Of a DNA stretch of 46,043 bases, positions 18,286 through 27,065 are shown one piece after another. The number at the start of each line of letters is the position of its first letter. Position 1 is the first letter of the stretch. The DNA is taken from assembly GCA_949282945.1 (NCBI GenBank), contig CASDQQ010000047.1, positions 1-46,043 on the forward strand, written 5' to 3'. Source of the DNA: an uncultured Eubacteriales bacterium. Its GTDB lineage: Bacteria > Bacillota > Clostridia > UBA1212 > CASDQQ01. The position numbers and the translations under genes were made by a program. Under the pieces are notes generated by a model. That model did no database searches and was not told where the DNA came from. It saw only the letters and a list, made by a program, of their open reading frames with translations.

Positions 18286-19284
18286 GTGAATAAATATGTA
18301 CCGTCGACAGAACGTTATAAGACAATGAAATACAACAGGTGCGGCAACAGTGGGTTGATGCTGCCTGCTGTTTCATTGGGGTTTTGGCACAATTTTGGAG
18401 ATACAGCTTCCTATGAAAATATGAAGCAGCTCTGTTTCACAGCCTTTGATAATGGTATCACCCATTTTGATCTGGCTAACAATTATGGCCCCGCGCCAGG
18501 CAGCGCGGAAAAAAATCTGGGATCCATCCTTAAGGAACATTTAGGCAGCCACCGCGATGAATTGGTAATAAGTACAAAAGCCGGTTACGATATGTGGGAA
18601 GGTCCCTATGGCAACTGGGGAAGCCGAAAACACTTGCTTTCTAGCCTCGACCGCAGCTTAAGCCGTATGGGCCTTGAATATGTAGATATTTTTTATCACC
18701 ACCGCATGGACCCTGATACTCCGTTAGAAGAAACAATGGGAGCGCTAGCGCAAGCCGTGACATCAGGAAAAGCGTTGTATGTGGGTCTTTCCAATTATGA
18801 TGGGGAAACACTAAGGCATTCGGAGGCTATTTTAAAAGAACTTAAATGTCCGTTTATAATCAACCAGAATTGTTATTCTATTTTTGACAGGACAATTGAG
18901 AAGAACGGGTTGAAAGATACGGCCAGAGAGCTTAAAAAAGGAATCATAGCTTTCAGTCCTTTGGCTCAGGGAATGCTGACAGACAGATATATAAATGGTA
19001 TTCCGGCAGACAGCCGTATCAGGACAGACGGACGTTTTTTAAATGAAGCGGCCCTGTCTGAAAAAAGGCTCGGACAAATAAAAGCGCTTAATAAAATAGC
19101 TTTGACCCGGGGACAGACTCTTGCGGAAATGGCTTTGAGCTGGATACTCAGAGATAGAGCGGTAACTAGCGTGCTGATAGGCGCGTCTAAGCCTTCGCAG
19201 ATACTTGATAATATTGGAGCGTTACAAAATATCGCATTTAGTGATGACGAGTTGTCAGCTATCGATAGTGCAGTAAATATATAA
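18286..19284 (+). CDS. Aldo/keto reductase (YghZ / Kv-beta-like subgroup)
   Basis: GTG start 7 nt after AAGGAGAG. N-terminal ERYKTMKYNRCGNSGLMLPAVSLGFWHNFG matches the YghZ-type N-terminus. Also DLANNYG and LSNY blocks. Confidence 0.85.
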   Translation: MNKYVPSTERYKTMKYNRCGNSGLMLPAVSLGFWHNFGDTASYENMKQLCFTAFDNGITHFDLANNYGPAPGSAEKNLGSILKEHLGSHRDELVISTKAGYDMWEGPYGNWGSRKHLLSSLDRSLSRMGLEYVDIFYHHRMDPDTPLEETMGALAQAVTSGKALYVGLSNYDGETLRHSEAILKELKCPFIINQNCYSIFDRTIEKNGLKDTARELKKGIIAFSPLAQGMLTDRYINGIPADSRIRTDGRFLNEAALSEKRLGQIKALNKIALTRGQTLAEMALSWILRDRAVTSVLIGASKPSQILDNIGALQNIAFSDDELSAIDSAVNI

Positions 19285-19322
19285 AAATCAATATTATAAT
19301 ATATTTGTCGTATTGATTTTTT
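19285..19322 (+). terminator. Weak AT-rich intrinsic terminator after the aldo/keto reductase
   Basis: AAAATCAATA (19285-19294) pairs with TATTGATTTT (19311-19320), followed by TT. Confidence 0.35.
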
Positions 19323-19601
19323 AACAATGATTAAGCAGATTTCTTTGTTTAGAGGAATGATACCTTTTTAAATGGGCGGCCATATCCAATTTTTTCAAAA
19401 AGCTGTACATTTTTTATAAAAACAGTAAAATAGTTTTTGAAAGGCGGATTTTTAGGGATTTTGTCTTAAAAATAAGCGCAACTTTCCGTTGGATCAGTTT
19501 TTCACCTAAGCCGGGCAAAATTTTTATTTTGAATTTTCATGGAAATTTGTCGAAGGTTATGATAAAATACTAAGAATTATATTATGGCGGGAGGAGATTT
19601 T

Positions 19602-20159
19602 ATGTCAAATCAAATTTATTTAATAGCTTCAAGGATAAAAGAGCTGAGAGAGATTTGGGGATATAGCCAACAGGAAATGGCTGAAAAGCTCAATATTTCT
19701 CTTGAGACTTATATCACATATGAGAATGCCAAGATGGATTTTCCGGTCAGCGTTCTGTATGAAATCGCAAGCATTTTAAATGTTGATCTGACTGAGCTGC
19801 TGACGGGAACATCTCCTAAGTTAGTCGACTATTGCCATGTAACCAAAGGGAACGGGCTCAAGGTTGACAGGTATGAGGGCTATAATTTTCAAAGTCTGGC
19901 ATACAATTTTGTCAACAGAAAAATAGAACCTATGATCGTTTCAGTTGATGCGGAAGGAGACGACTATATTCCTCAGTTAGTTACTCATGAAGGTCAGGAG
20001 TTTAACTATGTATTGGAGGGACAGGTCGTCGTCTACCTCGGAAATCACAGAATTCTTTTAAAAGAGGGAGATTCTCTGTACTTTGACCCTAATATTTTAC
20101 ACGGTCAGAAGGCTGCAGGAGGAAAGCCCGCAAAATTTTTGACAGTAATACTTTTATAA
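19602..20159 (+). CDS. XRE-family HTH regulator with C-terminal cupin sensor domain
   Basis: ATG 19602 follows GGAGGAG by 5 nt; the track start at 19584 has no RBS. HTH SQQEMAEKLNISLETYITYENAK. Cupin HEGQEFNYVLEG...GDSLYFDPNILHG. Confidence 0.85.
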   Translation: MSNQIYLIASRIKELREIWGYSQQEMAEKLNISLETYITYENAKMDFPVSVLYEIASILNVDLTELLTGTSPKLVDYCHVTKGNGLKVDRYEGYNFQSLAYNFVNRKIEPMIVSVDAEGDDYIPQLVTHEGQEFNYVLEGQVVVYLGNHRILLKEGDSLYFDPNILHGQKAAGGKPAKFLTVILL

Positions 20160-20185
20160 GATTTGGCGGAAGGGGTAGAAGAAAA

Positions 20186-21868
20186 ATGTTGGAAAAATAT
20201 TTACCAAGGATTGAATTTGATTCTTATGAGGATTTTAAGCAAAATTATAAAGTAAACGTACCGGATGATTTTAATTTTGGATTTGATATCATAGACGGTT
20301 GGGCCGAAGAGGATCCGGGGAAAATAGCCCTTGACTGGAGAGACGATAAGGGCGAAGCGCATATTTTTACTTTTAAAGACATAAAAGACAATAGTAATAA
20401 AATAGCCAATTGGCTGAAGAGTATCGGGATAAAGAAAAACAGTACAGTTATGCTCATAATGAAAAGGCGCTACGAGTATTGGATGATAGCCACAGCTTTA
20501 CATAAACTGGGGGCGGTTTTGATACCTGCTTCCTTTCAGCTTACGCCGAAGGATATTTCCTATCGGTGCAATGCGGCTTCCGTAGATATGCTTATCTGCG
20601 TTGAGGACGGAATAATAATAGAAAACGTAGAAGAGGGACTCTTAAAAGCCGATACTGTTAAATATAAGGCGTTGGTGGCATCCAATCCTATAGAGGAAAA
20701 ATATAAGAGTTTGGGGTGGTTGGATCTTCATGAAAATTTTGAAAAATACTCCAATATTTTTGAAAGACCTTCAGGAGATGAAGCTACCAAAGTTACCGAC
20801 AGGATGCTGATGTATTTTACTTCAGGTACGTCGGGAATGCCCAAAATGGTAATGCATGATTTTTCATACCCCTTAGGGCATATTGTTACGGCGAAATACT
20901 GGCACCAGGTTGAGGAGAATCAAAGACATCTGACCATATCCGATTCCGGTTGGGCCAAGTTTGGTTGGGGAAAAATATACGGCCAGTGGATATGCGGCGC
21001 AGTTCAATTTGTGTACGATCATGAAAAATTCATACCGGAGCAAATGCTGAAAGTTATACAGGAAGCAAAGCTTACTACTTTTTGCGCGCCTCCTACAATG
21101 TACAGATTTTTTATAAAAGAGGATCTGACAAAATATGACCTGTCATCCATACGTCATTGTTCTATTGCCGGAGAGCCTCTTAACCCTGAGGTGTATAATC
21201 AGTTTTTAAAGGCAACGGGGCATAAAATGTACGAAGGATTCGGGCAGTCCGAGTCATCCGTTTTGATAGCAAACTTTGAATGGTTTGAGCCGAGGCCGGG
21301 CTCTACGGGGAAACCGTCGCCTCTTTACGATATTGCTCTTTTAAATGAAAAGGGAGAACGGTGCGGAGTAGGAGAAGAAGGCGAGATAGTAATAATGAAT
21401 GTTAAAGACAATTGGCCGACAGGTCTTTTCAAAGGTTATTATCTTGATCCTGAGGCGAATGCCAAGGCTTTTCGCGACGGAAATTATCATACAGGAGATG
21501 TGGCATGGTATGACAGCGACGGATATTATTGGTTCGTAGGCCGTGTTGACGACGTAATAAAGTGTTCGGGATACAGGATAGGACCTTTTGAGGTAGAAAG
21601 CGCGCTTATGGAGCACCCGGCGGTTTTGGAATGCGCGGTGACGGCGGCGCCCGACCCTATAAGAGGCCAGGTTGTAAAAGCAACTATAGTACTGGCAAAA
21701 GGTTATTCACCTTCAGACGAGTTGGCCAAAGAGCTTCAAAATCATGTAAAACATGTTACGGCGCCATATAAATATCCGAGAATAGTAGAATTTGTGGATG
21801 AATTTCCAAAAACCGCCAGCGGGAAAATAATAAGAAAAGCAATAAGAGAGAAAGATAATGCACAATAG
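20186..21868 (+). CDS. AMP-forming acyl-CoA synthetase (medium-chain/acetyl-CoA synthetase-like)
   Basis: 560 aa. AMP-binding motif YFTSGTSGMPK. Also YHTGD, GRVDDVIKCSGYRIGPFEVE and C-terminal SGKIIR. Confidence 0.9.
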   Translation: MLEKYLPRIEFDSYEDFKQNYKVNVPDDFNFGFDIIDGWAEEDPGKIALDWRDDKGEAHIFTFKDIKDNSNKIANWLKSIGIKKNSTVMLIMKRRYEYWMIATALHKLGAVLIPASFQLTPKDISYRCNAASVDMLICVEDGIIIENVEEGLLKADTVKYKALVASNPIEEKYKSLGWLDLHENFEKYSNIFERPSGDEATKVTDRMLMYFTSGTSGMPKMVMHDFSYPLGHIVTAKYWHQVEENQRHLTISDSGWAKFGWGKIYGQWICGAVQFVYDHEKFIPEQMLKVIQEAKLTTFCAPPTMYRFFIKEDLTKYDLSSIRHCSIAGEPLNPEVYNQFLKATGHKMYEGFGQSESSVLIANFEWFEPRPGSTGKPSPLYDIALLNEKGERCGVGEEGEIVIMNVKDNWPTGLFKGYYLDPEANAKAFRDGNYHTGDVAWYDSDGYYWFVGRVDDVIKCSGYRIGPFEVESALMEHPAVLECAVTAAPDPIRGQVVKATIVLAKGYSPSDELAKELQNHVKHVTAPYKYPRIVEFVDEFPKTASGKIIRKAIREKDNAQ

Positions 21869-21965
21869 TTACAGAAATATTGCAAATTTTTTTGTGTTGT
21901 GATAAGATGTACAAGAATATGATATATTTAGATTTTATTTTTATAAAATTAGGAGGAGATACTTT

Positions 21966-23285
21966 ATGAAAACAAAGAAAATGTTGATTTTTGCGCTTGC
22001 AGTAACGATCATACTTTCTTGTCTTTCTGTTTCAGGTATTTTTGTATTTGCTGAGGATGTAGAGGGACTTAAAGCTTCTGCATGGTCCTTTGACGGAGCT
22101 AACTATGAAACTCTGTTTGGAAATGGAGTCAACGGAACAAACGGAGAGAAGGTAAAAGAGACGATGAGCGGCGATCTTTCAGGATTTGAACAGAAAGTTA
22201 CCGACGAAGTTACTACTGTAAACAATAAATATGCTCTTGGAGATAATTACATAGTAAAGTACACAGGAGTCATCACTGTTTCTGAAAGTGGTTGGTATCA
22301 GTTGAGATCAAGATTTGTCGATAACGGATATGTTGCTTTTATAGGCGGAGTTAAGGCTTTTGATTTCTGTGCTAAGAGCGCTTGGATGGATGATGGATCG
22401 CAAAACCATTGGTTCGGGGAGAATCTTTATTTAGAGGCAGGAAAGGCGTATTCCTATGAAGCTTACTTTATTGAGCAGGACGGAGGAGAAGCGCTTGATA
22501 TCAAGGTTTCTAAAAATGGGGGAGAAGTTAAATCTTTCGAAGAGAATGGAGTTAAATTCTATGCTGACAGATCAGCGGATAATGTTGCTCCAAAAAGAAT
22601 AGACGGAGCTGATAAGGTTATATTCACCTTTGCAGGAGTAAATGGTAGAAACGATAATGCTTCAAATGTTAAGGATTTTGAGTCTGGTTCATTTAAAATC
22701 GATAAAGCGGCTACCGGGCATCTCTGGAATTATACGACTCATAAATATGAGGCTGATACAGTTATAAAGGTTGCTTACTATATAACAGTCGATGAGATTG
22801 ACAGTTCTATTGATGAAAATGGGGCTGCTGTAAGGTTTGATAACAATTTCTTTATGGAAGGAAAAGGGAGTCTTGAAATCCCCAATAGTGTATTCACTGA
22901 GAATGTTGGCAAGAAAATAATTGTTGTAGGGGCTTTTAATATTCCAAATACCGGAATGGAAGGAAGACTTTCTCTTAGCGGAGGAATAGGTTTTACTTGT
23001 GACAAAGTGGTAGTGACCACGGGGGATTACAATTTTATGAGTGACGACGCTCTTATTGGAGGATATACACTTGCTTTTGAAGAAGGCGCCGATGATGACG
23101 ATGTAGATTTTACTCCTTCAAAGAAAGACGACGGTACTGTGACCGAGCCCGATCGTAACCCCGGAAACCCTGACGATGATCCTGAAAAACCGAGCCAGAC
23201 AGGAGATGTAACTGCTATGGCTGCGATAATAGTCGCAGGAGTTGCGGGAATAGCGGGATTGAAACTTAGAAAGAAATCTAAATGA
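21966..23285 (+). CDS. Cell-surface protein with N-terminal signal peptide, PA14-like domain and C-terminal sorting-signal-like anchor
   Basis: 439 aa with AGGAGGAG RBS. Signal peptide ...VSGIFVFAED. PA14-like stretch YIVKYTGVITVSESGWYQLRSRFVDNGYVAFIGG. Tail is PSQTGD, then a hydrophobic span, then KLRKKSK. Confidence 0.7.
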   Translation: MKTKKMLIFALAVTIILSCLSVSGIFVFAEDVEGLKASAWSFDGANYETLFGNGVNGTNGEKVKETMSGDLSGFEQKVTDEVTTVNNKYALGDNYIVKYTGVITVSESGWYQLRSRFVDNGYVAFIGGVKAFDFCAKSAWMDDGSQNHWFGENLYLEAGKAYSYEAYFIEQDGGEALDIKVSKNGGEVKSFEENGVKFYADRSADNVAPKRIDGADKVIFTFAGVNGRNDNASNVKDFESGSFKIDKAATGHLWNYTTHKYEADTVIKVAYYITVDEIDSSIDENGAAVRFDNNFFMEGKGSLEIPNSVFTENVGKKIIVVGAFNIPNTGMEGRLSLSGGIGFTCDKVVVTTGDYNFMSDDALIGGYTLAFEEGADDDDVDFTPSKKDDGTVTEPDRNPGNPDDDPEKPSQTGDVTAMAAIIVAGVAGIAGLKLRKKSK

Positions 23286-23297
23286 TAATTATATTAA

Positions 23298-23337
23298 AAA
23301 GAGACATTGCGATAAATATGTGCAATGTCTCTTTTTT
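23298..23337 (+). terminator. Intrinsic terminator after the surface-protein gene
   Basis: AAAGAGACATTGC (23298-23310) pairs with GCAATGTCTCTTT (23322-23334), followed by TTT. Confidence 0.8.
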
Positions 23338-23462
23338 ATGGTTATCTGTATCCAAATCGTTCATAGATATCCTGTCTTTTTAGTATTCCATATATAAAGA
23401 TATAACAAAAAGCTGCAAAATTTATTTTTTATACTATCATGCAAAGCGTTAAAAGTCGCAAG

Positions 23463-23822
23463 TTACGTTTTTTCGGATAATTTTTTGAGGATATTATCTA
23501 TTATAATAGATTCCTTTTCAGTAATACTGTCAAAATTCTTGTGCATAAAAAATCCGTATTTAATACCTGTGATAAAGACGGCGGTCGAATAATTTGAATC
23601 AACTTCTTCTATGGAAGAAAGCAGATCGTCAAGAAGCTCTCTGTCTTTACTGTTTAATGATTTAGAAATTTTATCTCGGAGATATTCTATATGCTCTTCT
23701 TTGGCGTTTATATAACAATCTTCCATTTGTTTTTCGTATATATTATATATAATATTTCCCAGAAGATCTTGAGCGCTTTTTGTAATATATCGTTCAAAAT
23801 CATTTTTCATAGAATCATTCAT
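23463..23822 (-). CDS. Acidic 119-aa protein of unknown function, downstream partner of a small XRE regulator
   Basis: ORF track. Lies 17 nt after the XRE gene on the same strand. D/E-rich, with no recognisable motif. Confidence 0.55.
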   Translation of the reverse strand: MNDSMKNDFERYITKSAQDLLGNIIYNIYEKQMEDCYINAKEEHIEYLRDKISKSLNSKDRELLDDLLSSIEEVDSNYSTAVFITGIKYGFFMHKNFDSITEKESIIIDNILKKLSEKT

Positions 23823-23839
23823 GATCTTTACTCCATTAT

Positions 23840-24040
23840 CTATTCTGTATAAGTGAATATCTCAGTTAAGGGTACCTCCAAAACATTGGCTATGTCTATA
23901 AGAGTATAAAGAGAAGGAGCCAGATGACCATGTTCAAGCTTTGAGATATATTTATCCGATTTTCCTATTTTCTGTGCTATATATTTTTGCGACATGTTCT
24001 TTGATTTTCTTATGTTTCTTATGTTTTCACCAAGCGTCAT
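23840..24040 (-). CDS. Small XRE-family HTH DNA-binding protein
   Basis: 66 aa. HTH MSQKYIAQKIGKSDKYISKLEHG. RBS GGAAAAGAGG. Confidence 0.85.
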   Translation of the reverse strand: MTLGENIRNIRKSKNMSQKYIAQKIGKSDKYISKLEHGHLAPSLYTLIDIANVLEVPLTEIFTYTE

Positions 24041-24142
24041 AAAAGTATACCTCTTTTCCTATATAAATATTTTACTTATTAGTTTAATCAATAAAAAAAA
24101 ATAAATCTATTCAAAAAAAAATAATAAAAAATAATTATATTG

Positions 24143-24300
24143 TAAAAAGAGGCAGAAAAAGCCCCTGATAAAAAGGATATTTGTTATCTGATTGTGATAA
24201 GTACGTATTAAAATTTTTTAGGAAATGTTAAGAATTATTTCCCAAAAAACAAATATTAATTTGTATGTTGTGTAAACAATATCCATAATTATATCAGGGG
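24143..24300 (-). terminator. Composite structured 3' region / terminator of the ribokinase-SIS operon
   Basis: On the - strand, CCCCTGATAT...GGATATTGTTTA (24300-24273) pairs imperfectly with GATAACAAATATCC...TATCAGGGG (24187-24162), then CTTTTTCTGCCTCTTTTT. An inner hairpin ACAAAT/ATTTGT (24264-24249) is followed by TTTTT. Confidence 0.4.
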
Positions 24301-24317
24301 AAATAGAAATTTCAATA

Positions 24318-24914
24318 TTATTTTTCGTTTTCTCTAAGCTGTCCCAACATACCTCCCGGATGGCGTTTTATATACTCCTGGGGTGTAATATTGGCTTTTT
24401 CCTGTAAAAGCAATGAAAGACACTGCAAAACAAATATTTCCGCTATGATCGAGGCTCGTGGAGCCCGGTTTAAAGGGCCTCCCTCCTGTGCTACTTTAGC
24501 GCAGAGACAGATCTCTGAATTTTTTGCTAACCATGAGTTATTATTTCCCGTGACGGAAATAATATGACAGCCATTATTTTTTACGGCGGTTACTGTTGAT
24601 TTGAGTTCGGGAGTTTCACCACTGTTGGAAATACATATTACGGTGTCTCCTGGTACTAGTTGACCGCATGATCCGTGTACGGCTTCAGTACCGTGTAAGA
24701 AATAACACGGAGTTCCCGTAGAAGAAAACAGGGAAGCAATATAAGCTGCCACATGGGCGGGCTTACCTATACCGGTAATATGAAGCCGGTTGCCGTTTAC
24801 CTGCATTTTATAAATAAATTCACAGGCCTTATATAAAGCGTCCGTATCAAGAGTGTTGCAGACTTGTTTAAATTCTTCCTTGCTTATTTCTATAAAACGT
24901 TCTAACACGTCCAT
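24318..24914 (-). CDS. Single-domain SIS protein resembling the isomerase domain of arabinose-5-phosphate isomerase (KpsF/GutQ-like, no CBS domains)
   Basis: 198 aa. Blocks GIGKPAHVAAYIASLFSSTGTPCYFLHGTEAVHGSCG and ISNSGETPE match the KpsF/GutQ SIS pattern. Confidence 0.7.
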   Translation of the reverse strand: MDVLERFIEISKEEFKQVCNTLDTDALYKACEFIYKMQVNGNRLHITGIGKPAHVAAYIASLFSSTGTPCYFLHGTEAVHGSCGQLVPGDTVICISNSGETPELKSTVTAVKNNGCHIISVTGNNNSWLAKNSEICLCAKVAQEGGPLNRAPRASIIAEIFVLQCLSLLLQEKANITPQEYIKRHPGGMLGQLRENEK

Positions 24915-25882
24915 TTAAAAATACCTCCTCCAGTTGTTTTATAGCCATTTTTATTCATTAAACTTATAACTTCAGATAAATTAGGGAGACTGGTCTGAGC
25001 TCCCATGCGGGTAACTGTAATACCGGCAGTAAAGTTTGCAAAGGCCATAGCCTCGTCAGGCTGCAGGCCGGAAGCCAAAGCTGTGCAAAAAGCAGCAATA
25101 AAGCTGTCTCCTGCCGCTGTCGGATCAACTACGCTTCCGCAATCTATACTGGGACTTTTGATCAGATCTGATCCGTCAGAAAATGCGCTGCCTTTTTTAC
25201 CGAGAGTGATCAGAACATTTTTAGCACCCGAGGAAATAAGAAAATCAGCGGCTTTTTTTATATTGATATCACTGTCAGGATAGGTTCCTGTAATATCATA
25301 GGCTTCGTGTTCGTTAGGCGATAAATAAGCGAGTTTTGAAAGAAGATTTTGGGAAATAGGCGCGGAAGGGGCGGGATTGAGCATTACCGGTATGTTAAAA
25401 TCAAAGGCGTATTCCGCTACTGTTTCGTTTATAGATTGGGGAATCTCATGTTGGAGCATAACAAAATCATAATCTCCTATAGAGTCTTTTAAAAAAGCTA
25501 TATCCTCCTGAGTTATGCGCATATTCGCCCCTGGAAAAACTATAATGCGGTTTGCCGTACCGCTTTCAGTTACTTGAAGCTGTATATTTCCTATGGCTGT
25601 AGGAGCTTCGCTGTCTATCTTTACATGGGAAATATCAACGCCGCCCATTTCCATAGAATTTATTATTTCTTTTCCAAAATTGTCTTTTCCCACTCTTCCC
25701 ACCATAGTCACCTGAGCGCCTAGTTTTGCCGCCTGGAGAGCCTGATTTGCCCCTTTGCCTCCGGGAGCGGTAGAAAATCCGCAGCCGATTACCGTTTCTC
25801 CGGATTCGGGAAATTTTTCCGAACTTACTATTAGATCCATTGTAAAACTGCCGACTACCAATATTTTAGGTTTTTTAGTCAT
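24902..25882 (-). CDS. rbsK: Ribokinase (PfkB family sugar kinase)
   Basis: 326 aa. GGKGANQA signature and DPTAAGDSF catalytic block. N-terminal VVGSFTMDL...GETV pattern. AAGGAGGTG RBS. 13-nt overlap with the SIS gene. Confidence 0.75.
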   Translation of the reverse strand: MTKKPKILVVGSFTMDLIVSSEKFPESGETVIGCGFSTAPGGKGANQALQAAKLGAQVTMVGRVGKDNFGKEIINSMEMGGVDISHVKIDSEAPTAIGNIQLQVTESGTANRIIVFPGANMRITQEDIAFLKDSIGDYDFVMLQHEIPQSINETVAEYAFDFNIPVMLNPAPSAPISQNLLSKLAYLSPNEHEAYDITGTYPDSDINIKKAADFLISSGAKNVLITLGKKGSAFSDGSDLIKSPSIDCGSVVDPTAAGDSFIAAFCTALASGLQPDEAMAFANFTAGITVTRMGAQTSLPNLSEVISLMNKNGYKTTGGGIFKWTC

Positions 25883-26000
25883 AAAAACACCTCCTTACCT
25901 TTATTATAGAAAGATATATTTTATAATCTCGTATCTTTTTTTGAAAACATGGACATTTTTTACGATATGGGTTAATCTAACAACAGGAGGCAGTATTTTT

Positions 26001-26915
26001 ATGGAAATTTTTCATGAAATAAGAAAATATAAAGATGATTTTATGGTGTGGAGCCAAAGCTATGGCAATATGAGATTTCTGGCTCACTGGCATAATGAAA
26101 TAGAACTTATTTACGTCAGGCGCGGAAAAATAGAAATAAGCGTGAACGGGACCGTATATATTATGGGGGAAGGCGACCTGCTAGTATGCGACAGCAGGAG
26201 CGTTCATTACAGCGATACTTACGATACAGATAATTTTTTGGAGTTTCTGCTTTTTGATCCGCGCATTATTTTTTCAGACAATATTTCCAGACATGCAAAT
26301 ATCCTTTTTAAAGCTGCCGATATGAAAGAAAAGGGCCTTGATTCTAAATTTGAAGGAATGCTTCGGACTATAAAAGATGAGCTAGAGGAAAGAAATATTT
26401 ATTATAAGAAGATAGTGCGTGCCGCAATTACGGAATTTTGGTATAATATAATACGTTTTTTCCCAGAAAGATATGAGAATGAACAGGATTTAAAACAAAA
26501 AAGCTTAAAGAAGCTTTTGGAATATATAGGGAAAAATTTTAACCAGGACATTGAACTTAAGTTCGCGGCCAAAAAAGTGGGACTTACTCCTAACTATTTT
26601 TCCTTTTATTTTAAGAAGAATGTTGGAATAAATTTTATAGACTATCTGCAAACATTGCGTATAGACGAAGCTATACGCAGGCTGCAAAAAGAAAATACCA
26701 AGATTATCGATATTGCGCTGGATACAGGGTTTAAAAATGTAAGAAATTTTAATAGAGTATTTAAAAGACTTACGGGACTTACTCCCAACGAGTTTAGAAA
26801 AAATAATAATGAAAATTACTATTATTATTTCCCCCGAATACATATTTGTGAGGGAGATGAACTTAGCGTCGAACATGATTCCTTTGTTGTTCTGGATAAT
26901 AAAAAACCGCGGTAA
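26001..26915 (+). CDS. AraC-family transcriptional regulator (cupin sensor plus dual HTH)
   Basis: ATG 26001 lies 10 nt after GGAGG. The track start at 25755 lies inside rbsK on the opposite strand. C-terminal HTH IDIALDTGFKNVRNFNRVFKRLTGLTPNEFR. Confidence 0.85.
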   Translation: MEIFHEIRKYKDDFMVWSQSYGNMRFLAHWHNEIELIYVRRGKIEISVNGTVYIMGEGDLLVCDSRSVHYSDTYDTDNFLEFLLFDPRIIFSDNISRHANILFKAADMKEKGLDSKFEGMLRTIKDELEERNIYYKKIVRAAITEFWYNIIRFFPERYENEQDLKQKSLKKLLEYIGKNFNQDIELKFAAKKVGLTPNYFSFYFKKNVGINFIDYLQTLRIDEAIRRLQKENTKIIDIALDTGFKNVRNFNRVFKRLTGLTPNEFRKNNNENYYYYFPRIHICEGDELSVEHDSFVVLDNKKPR

Positions 26916-27013
26916 TTACAAGGATTTCAGATTTTTTTATGCTTCCAACCGGGTTTTGGCGACTGTGATAAATATATCTCTGCTATGGACAGTATAGCGG
27001 ATGATTCACAAAC

Positions 27014-27042
27014 TTGCATTTTTTTGATTAACACACTATACT
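27014..27042 (+). promoter_or_regulatory. Sigma-A type promoter for the GH43 gene
   Basis: TTGCAT (27014-27019), 17-nt spacer, TATACT (27037-27042). Confidence 0.55.
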
Positions 27043-27065
27043 AAAATAAAAAGGCGGAATTATTT

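Noticed and set aside
25755-26000. N-terminal extension of the AraC ORF back to 25755.
   Set aside because: The extension runs antisense through the rbsK start region. ATG 26001 has a GGAGG RBS, and the protein then starts with the cupin domain.
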